Shown: in pieces, positions 58,705 to 64,000 of the stretch
How the letters are laid out: the number at the start of each line of letters is the position of its first letter
Position numbering within the stretch: position 1 is the stretch's first letter
Assembly: GCA_965231075.1 (NCBI GenBank)
Contig: OZ246412.1
Location: 14,224-78,223 of the forward strand
Length of the DNA stretch: 64,000 bases
From: an uncultured Candidatus Saccharibacteria bacterium
Lineage (GTDB): Bacteria > Patescibacteriota > Minisyncoccia > RBG-13-40-8-A
Direction: 5' to 3'
The notes under the pieces: generated by a model
What the model saw: only the letters and a program-made list of their open reading frames with translations
Databases searched by the model: none
Told to the model about the DNA's origin: nothing
Position numbers and translations under genes: made by a program

Positions 58705-59322
58705 ATGGCAGAAGAAACAAAAGACATACAAACAGAAGAAAAAAAACTAGAGACTGTTGAACCAACAGCCGAAGTTAAGGCCAAAGAAACAAAAAAAGAA
58801 CAATCAAAACCGTTTGGTAGATTTGGCAAGGGAAGTGGAAGAGGCAGTGGCGGAGGAAGGGGCGGGAGAAGACCGGAAAAGGGAAAAGAGGAAAAACCAG
58901 AATTTGAACAAAAACTTTTAGACATTAGAAGAACCGCCAGAATGGTTTCTGGTGGGAGAAGATTTAGTTTTAGAGCGCTAGTTGTAATTGGGAACAAGAA
59001 AGGCAAGGTGGGAGTTGGATTGGCTAAAGGTGCAGACGTTACGATTGCAGTAGAAAAAGCGGTTAATCAAGCCAAAAAGGCATTAATTGAAATCACAATT
59101 ACAGACAATAAATCAATTTCACAAATGATCGAAGCTAAATTTGGCGCAGCCAAAGTAATGTTGAAGCCCGCGCAAAAAGGACAAGGAATTATTGCTGGCG
59201 GGGCTGTGCGCGTGATTTGCTCGTTGGCGGGAATTGAAAATGTGGTATCTAAAATTATCGGTCGCACAACCAACAAATTAAACAATGCCCAGGCAACAAT
59301 TGAGGCACTAAAAAAACTATAA
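58705..59322 (+). CDS. rpsE: 30S ribosomal protein S5
   Basis: GGRRFSFRALVVIGN, GIIAGG. Confidence 0.98.
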   Translation: MAEETKDIQTEEKKLETVEPTAEVKAKETKKEQSKPFGRFGKGSGRGSGGGRGGRRPEKGKEEKPEFEQKLLDIRRTARMVSGGRRFSFRALVVIGNKKGKVGVGLAKGADVTIAVEKAVNQAKKALIEITITDNKSISQMIEAKFGAAKVMLKPAQKGQGIIAGGAVRVICSLAGIENVVSKIIGRTTNKLNNAQATIEALKKL

Positions 59323-59323
59323 T

Positions 59324-59809
59324 ATGCAATTACACCAAGTTAAACCCAAAAATATTAATAAAAGCAAAAAACGTGTTGGTCGCGGAGGGAAACGCGGAAC
59401 GTTTTCGGGCAGAGGAGCAAAAGGACAACTAGCACGCGCCGGAAGAAAACTTTATCCAGAAATTAGAGCTTTTGTAAAAAAAATCCCTAAAACCAGAGGG
59501 TACGACTTTAAGTCATTTAAAAACAAGCCAACAGTTATTAATTTGAAGGATTTAAATAAGCATTTTAAAGACGGAGAAATTGTAAGTCCAGAAACATTGA
59601 TACAAAAAGGGTTAATTGTTAAAATAAATAATAGAATGCCAATAGTGAAAATTTTAGGCGATGGCAAATTAGAAAAAAACTTGATAGTGGATAACTGTAA
59701 AATGTCAAAATCAGCAGAGAAAGTTTTGAAAATTAAAGAAGCAACAAAAGAGGTTGAAACAAAAAAACCAATCAAAAAAAACAAAAAGAAGATTATTAAA
59801 AAGAAATAA
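59324..59809 (+). CDS. rplO: 50S ribosomal protein L15
   Basis: KRVGRGG, GRGAKGQ, VKILGDG. Confidence 0.96.
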   Translation: MQLHQVKPKNINKSKKRVGRGGKRGTFSGRGAKGQLARAGRKLYPEIRAFVKKIPKTRGYDFKSFKNKPTVINLKDLNKHFKDGEIVSPETLIQKGLIVKINNRMPIVKILGDGKLEKNLIVDNCKMSKSAEKVLKIKEATKEVETKKPIKKNKKKIIKKK

Positions 59810-59817
59810 AATATTTT

Positions 59818-61095
59818 ATGAAGTGGTTTAGTAAAATAACACAACTTTTTAAAGTTAAAGAATTAAGAAATAAAATACTGTTCGTGTTAGCGCTGTTGGC
59901 AGTATTTAGCTTAATTTCAAATATCCCAGTGCCTGGAATTAATACCGAAAAACTCCGGGCTTTTTTTCAAAGTAATCAGCTTTTTGGTTTGATTAATATA
60001 TTTACTGGTGGGGCAATGCAGAATTTTTCTTTAGCAATGTTGGGATTAGGACCATATATTACTTCAACGATTATTTTACAACTTTTAACCATGATTTTTC
60101 CCAAGCTTAAGGAAATGTACAGCGAATCAGGTCCAGAAGGACAAAGAAAATTTAATCAATATGGTAGAATTTTGACCGTGCCATTGTCAATTATGCAGGC
60201 CTATGCAATGATGAATCTTTTAATTAGTCAAGGAATACTTGTGCATTTATCGCGCATGGAAATGTTTACGGCTATTGCCTTAGTTACGGCCGGAGCAGTG
60301 TTTTTAATGTGGATCGGTGAGCTTATTTCTGAAAAAGGCATTGGTAACGGTGTTTCGATTCTAATTTTCGCCGGAATTATTGGCAGAATTCCTTCTTCGA
60401 TTCGACAAATAATTGCCACCTACAGCCCAGCACAACTTCCTTCGTATATCGGATTTGTCGTTGTGGCGATATTGGTTATCGTCGGCGTTGTAATTATTAA
60501 CGAATCACAAAGAAAAATTCCCATTGCCTATGCTAAAAGAATTAGGGGAAGAAGAGTGTATGGAGGTTTTTCGACATATTTGCCATTAAAGGTTAATCAA
60601 GCGGGAGTTATCCCAATTATTTTTGCATTATCAATAATGCTTTTTCCGGGGATGATTGCTAAATTCTTTGCAGCAGCGGCCAATCCAACAGTTGCACATA
60701 TTGCAACTGTGGTCGGAAATGTTTTTAATAATCAACTATTTTACGCAATTGTTTATTTCATATTGGTGGTTGTGTTTACGTTCTTTTATACGGCAGTGAC
60801 TTTCGATCCAAAAGCGATTTCAGAAAATATTCAAAAAAATGGTGGATTCGTGCCAGGGATTAGACCGGGCGAAAATACGGCGAGCTTTTTGTCTCATGTT
60901 TTAAACAAGATTACCTTAGTTGGTGCGTTATTTTTAGGCATTATTGCGGTTTTGCCTTCGATTATGCAAGGCGCAACCGGAATGAGCTCAATGGCGATTG
61001 GAGGAACAGCAGTTTTAATTGTGGTTTCAGTTGTTCTAGAAACAATGAAACAAGTCGAGGGACAATTAACAATGCGCGACTATGAAGGCTTCTAA
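59818..61095 (+). CDS. secY: Preprotein translocase SecY
   Basis: LGLGPYIT, GIGNGVS, AGVIPIIFA, PGIRPG. Confidence 0.98.
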   Translation: MKWFSKITQLFKVKELRNKILFVLALLAVFSLISNIPVPGINTEKLRAFFQSNQLFGLINIFTGGAMQNFSLAMLGLGPYITSTIILQLLTMIFPKLKEMYSESGPEGQRKFNQYGRILTVPLSIMQAYAMMNLLISQGILVHLSRMEMFTAIALVTAGAVFLMWIGELISEKGIGNGVSILIFAGIIGRIPSSIRQIIATYSPAQLPSYIGFVVVAILVIVGVVIINESQRKIPIAYAKRIRGRRVYGGFSTYLPLKVNQAGVIPIIFALSIMLFPGMIAKFFAAAANPTVAHIATVVGNVFNNQLFYAIVYFILVVVFTFFYTAVTFDPKAISENIQKNGGFVPGIRPGENTASFLSHVLNKITLVGALFLGIIAVLPSIMQGATGMSSMAIGGTAVLIVVSVVLETMKQVEGQLTMRDYEGF

Positions 61096-61687
61096 AAAAC
61101 CAATTAATATTATTTTAATCGGTCCGCCAGGCAGCGGAAAAGGAACGCAGGCAAAGCTTCTACTGAAGAAATTCAAGAAGCTTTATTACGTTTATCCGGG
61201 TGAAATTTTTAGAAAATTATTCAGCTTAAACACCGATGCCGGCAATAGAATTAAAAAAATAGGAGAAAAAGGTGGTTTGCAGTCTGAAGATTTCGCAATT
61301 ACTTTGTGGATGCACGAAATTTCTTTTAATGTAAAAGAAAATCAAGGATTTTTATTAGACGGATCACCGAGAAAAACCAGAGAATCGGAATCTTTGTATG
61401 ATTTTCTAAAATTCTTAGATAGAATCAAAACGACTAAATTGTTTTTTATAAACATATCTAAAAAAGAAAGTTATAACAGGCTAAGCAATAGAATTGATGC
61501 AAAAACCGGCAAAGCTATTAAGAGGGCAGATGACAGCAAAAAAAGAATAGATTTAAGATGGAAATTATACGAGCAAGATACCGTTCCCGCCATTAATTTA
61601 ATCAGGAAACATATAAAGTTTATCAAAATTAATGGCGAGCAATCAATTGAAAACGTTTTTAAAGACATCGTTAAGGCAATCAGATGA
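61082..61687 (+). CDS. adk: Adenylate kinase family NMP kinase (short LID)
   Basis: GPPGSGKGTQA, LDGSPR, RADD; position after secY. Confidence 0.85.
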   Translation: MKASKKPINIILIGPPGSGKGTQAKLLLKKFKKLYYVYPGEIFRKLFSLNTDAGNRIKKIGEKGGLQSEDFAITLWMHEISFNVKENQGFLLDGSPRKTRESESLYDFLKFLDRIKTTKLFFINISKKESYNRLSNRIDAKTGKAIKRADDSKKRIDLRWKLYEQDTVPAINLIRKHIKFIKINGEQSIENVFKDIVKAIR

Positions 61688-62427
61688 TTAATTTATACAC
61701 CGAAAAAGAAATAAGTATAATGGCTGAAGGCGGAAAGATTTTGAATAAAATTATACATGAAACCGCAAAACATGCCAAAGCCGGAGTTACTACAAAATAT
61801 CTAGATAAGGTCGCAGAAGACCTTATTTTTCAATATGGAGCAAGACCAGCGTTTAAGGGGTTTAATGGCTACCCAAACGCATTATGCGTGTCTGTTAACG
61901 AAGAAATCGTTCATGCTATACCAAGTAGCCGTATTTTAAAAGAAGGCGACGTGGTGACTCTTGATTTGGGAATTGAATTTAAGGGATATTGTACTGATTC
62001 GGCAATTACAATTGGTATTGGAAAAATTGATAGAAAACTACAAAAACTAATCAACGTTACCGAAAAATCACTAGATTTAGCAATTAAACAATGTAAACCA
62101 GGTAATCGACTGGGGGATATTGGTTTTGTCATTCAAAATTATGTGGAAAGAAATGGTTTTAATGTTGTGCGAGATTTAGTTGGGCACGGAATTGGTAAAA
62201 AGGTTCACGAAGAACCAGAAGTTTTAAATTACGGTGAAAAAGCCACGGGAATTGTCTTGAAACCGGGTATGGTAATCGCAATTGAACCAATGAATTTAAT
62301 TGGTGATTGGCAGATTGAAAGAGCCAAAGACGGTTTTGCGTTTTTGTCCAAAGATCGTTCAATCTCCGCTCATTTTGAGCACACCATAGCAATTACAAAA
62401 AGGGGTTGCAGAGTATTAACAAAATAA
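61684..62427 (+). CDS. map: Methionine aminopeptidase type I
   Basis: SVNEEIVH, GHGIG..HEEP, AIEPM, SAHFEHT. Confidence 0.97.
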   Translation: MINLYTEKEISIMAEGGKILNKIIHETAKHAKAGVTTKYLDKVAEDLIFQYGARPAFKGFNGYPNALCVSVNEEIVHAIPSSRILKEGDVVTLDLGIEFKGYCTDSAITIGIGKIDRKLQKLINVTEKSLDLAIKQCKPGNRLGDIGFVIQNYVERNGFNVVRDLVGHGIGKKVHEEPEVLNYGEKATGIVLKPGMVIAIEPMNLIGDWQIERAKDGFAFLSKDRSISAHFEHTIAITKRGCRVLTK

Positions 62428-62440
62428 AACATTTTTTGGC

Positions 62441-62468
62441 AAAGACCCGGAGAGGGTCTTTTTTATTT
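62441..62468 (+). terminator. Terminator ending the ribosomal cluster
   Basis: AAAGACCC-GGAGA-GGGTCTTT-TTTATTT. Confidence 0.75.
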
Positions 62469-62498
62469 GTTCTGAAAATTGTGTTATAATTAAGATAT

Positions 62499-63245
62499 AT
62501 GGACAATAAAATACATTTATCAGTTATTTTGCCTTCGTATAACGAAGAAAAAAGAATTGCCAGCACGCTCTTAGATATTGATAGATATCTATCGCGACAA
62601 AACTATGATTATGAAATTATAGTGATTAGTGATGGCTCGAAGGATAAAACGGTTAGCGTGGCAACCAAAACCGGCGAACTGATTAAAAACTTACGCGTTA
62701 TTGATAACAAAGAAAATCGTGGCAAAGGATACGTTACCAAACAAGTAATGCTTGAGGCAAAAGGCGAATACCGATTATTTATGGACGCTGATAATTCTAC
62801 AAAAATAGACCACTTGGATTCCTTTTGGCCAGAATTTAATAATGGCAACGATATTGTTATTGGGTCAATCGAAGTAAAGGGAGCTAAAATTGAAGAAAAA
62901 TCAGCGTGGTACAGAAGATTATTGGGCAGAATTTCCAAATACATTATTCGAATCATCGCTGGCTTATGGGAAATAAAGGATTCACAGCGTGGATTTAAAT
63001 GTTTCAATCAAAAATCAGCAGAGGCAATATTCCCCAAACAAACATTAACACGTTGGGGTTTTGATTTCGAAATTTTAGCACTAGCTAAGAAGATGAGGTT
63101 TCAAATTAAAGAAATGCCAGTTGATTGGCACAATCCTAGTGAAAGCAGAGTTAAATTAAGCTCTTATTTTAAAACCTTTATCGAGCTTCTAAAAATCAAG
63201 TACAATTTTTCAACTAACAAATACAAGATAAATGAAATTAAATAA
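62499..63245 (+). CDS. GT2 glycosyltransferase (dolichyl-phosphate glucosyltransferase-like)
   Basis: SVILPSYNE, DGSKD, NRGKG, FMDAD, DSQRGFK, FDFE. Confidence 0.9.
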   Translation: MDNKIHLSVILPSYNEEKRIASTLLDIDRYLSRQNYDYEIIVISDGSKDKTVSVATKTGELIKNLRVIDNKENRGKGYVTKQVMLEAKGEYRLFMDADNSTKIDHLDSFWPEFNNGNDIVIGSIEVKGAKIEEKSAWYRRLLGRISKYIIRIIAGLWEIKDSQRGFKCFNQKSAEAIFPKQTLTRWGFDFEILALAKKMRFQIKEMPVDWHNPSESRVKLSSYFKTFIELLKIKYNFSTNKYKINEIK

Positions 63246-64000
63246 TTTAAGGAAAGCTAAAATATCTGGCGGTTCAGAATTAAGACAAGATATCATCAGT
63301 AAAGATTGGATGATTATTGCAACTGGTCGCGCTAAAAGACCACAGCTTTTTGCCAATAAAAATAGAGAAAAATTCGAACAACCAATTTCAGAGTGTCCAT
63401 TTGAAGATCCGCAATCGTTTGGCCACGAAGAACCAGTTTTAATTTATTATAAAGATAATAAAAAAATAAAAATTAAGGGTGTTAGAAAATTAGTTAAAGA
63501 TTGGAGTTTGCAGGTTATAAAAAACAAATATCCAATGCTAGTTCCGGGATGTTGTTCAGATGTTTTAAAAGATGGGCCATATAAGATAATGCAGGGCAAT
63601 GGGTTTCACGAAGTAATTATTACCAGAGATCACAAGAAACACTTGGCAATGATGCCGACAAAAAACATAGAGGAAGTCATTAAATCGTACCAAGAAAGAT
63701 ATTTAGCATTAATGGATCATCGTTTTGTAAATTATATTTTTGTATTTCATAATCACGGCAAAGAAGCGGGGGCAAGCATTCCTCATCCACATACGCAATT
63801 GGTGGCTATGCCAATTTTACCCGCTGACGTGAGGAGAAGCTTGGATGGAGCAAAAAAATATTATGAAGAAAACAAAAAGTGCGCGCATTGTGAAATGATC
63901 GAATGGGAAAAAGAAGAAAAAAGATGCATATTTCAAAATGAATATTTTATAGTTTTTGCACCATTTGTCCCAAGAGTTAATTTTGAGTTAAGAATTTATC
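63232..64000 (+). CDS. galT: Galactose-1-phosphate uridylyltransferase-like (GalT/HIT), 3'-truncated
   Basis: SELRQD..W.IIA..RAKRP, CPF, NKYP, GFHEVII, NHGKEAGASIPHPHTQ. Confidence 0.85.
   Translation, partial: MKLNNLRKAKISGGSELRQDIISKDWMIIATGRAKRPQLFANKNREKFEQPISECPFEDPQSFGHEEPVLIYYKDNKKIKIKGVRKLVKDWSLQVIKNKYPMLVPGCCSDVLKDGPYKIMQGNGFHEVIITRDHKKHLAMMPTKNIEEVIKSYQERYLALMDHRFVNYIFVFHNHGKEAGASIPHPHTQLVAMPILPADVRRSLDGAKKYYEENKKCAHCEMIEWEKEEKRCIFQNEYFIVFAPFVPRVNFELRIY

Noticed and set aside
59322-59324. Missing rpmD (uL30) between rpsE and rplO
   Set aside because: Established CPR trait; useful for taxonomy but not novel.
1-64000. Alternative genetic code (UGA=Gly) and the many short antisense ORFs in the track
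   Set aside because: Core genes are full length under code 11 and some end in TGA; the antisense ORFs are shadows of long genes.

Overview
AT-rich chromosomal segment using genetic code 11. It looks like a Patescibacteria/CPR (Parcubacteria-like) genome: no rpmD/uL30 between rpsE and rplO, alpha2-type GlyRS, type-2 IleRS, short RecO, split ComEC, class III RNR. The core is housekeeping: smpB-ssrA, infC-rpmI-rplT, six aminoacyl-tRNA synthetases, topA-dprA, ftsA-ftsZ, nrdDG, and the str/S10/spc ribosomal cluster through secY-adk-map. Four layers are not explained by ordinary annotation. (1) A promoter-driven, highly structured ~140-160 nt intergenic RNA (25767-25926) carries an anti-Shine-Dalgarno sequence in a hairpin loop. 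(2) Gene starts fall into two classes: many housekeeping genes look leaderless, while 5-6 orphan single-gene cassettes carry a strong SD and terminator, five of them with their own promoter. (3) The smpB stop codon lies inside the mature tmRNA 5' end. (4) Several short palindromic and heptameric repeats invade proteins, gene ends and a tRNA relic. All family assignments come from motif recognition by eye; no database searches were run.
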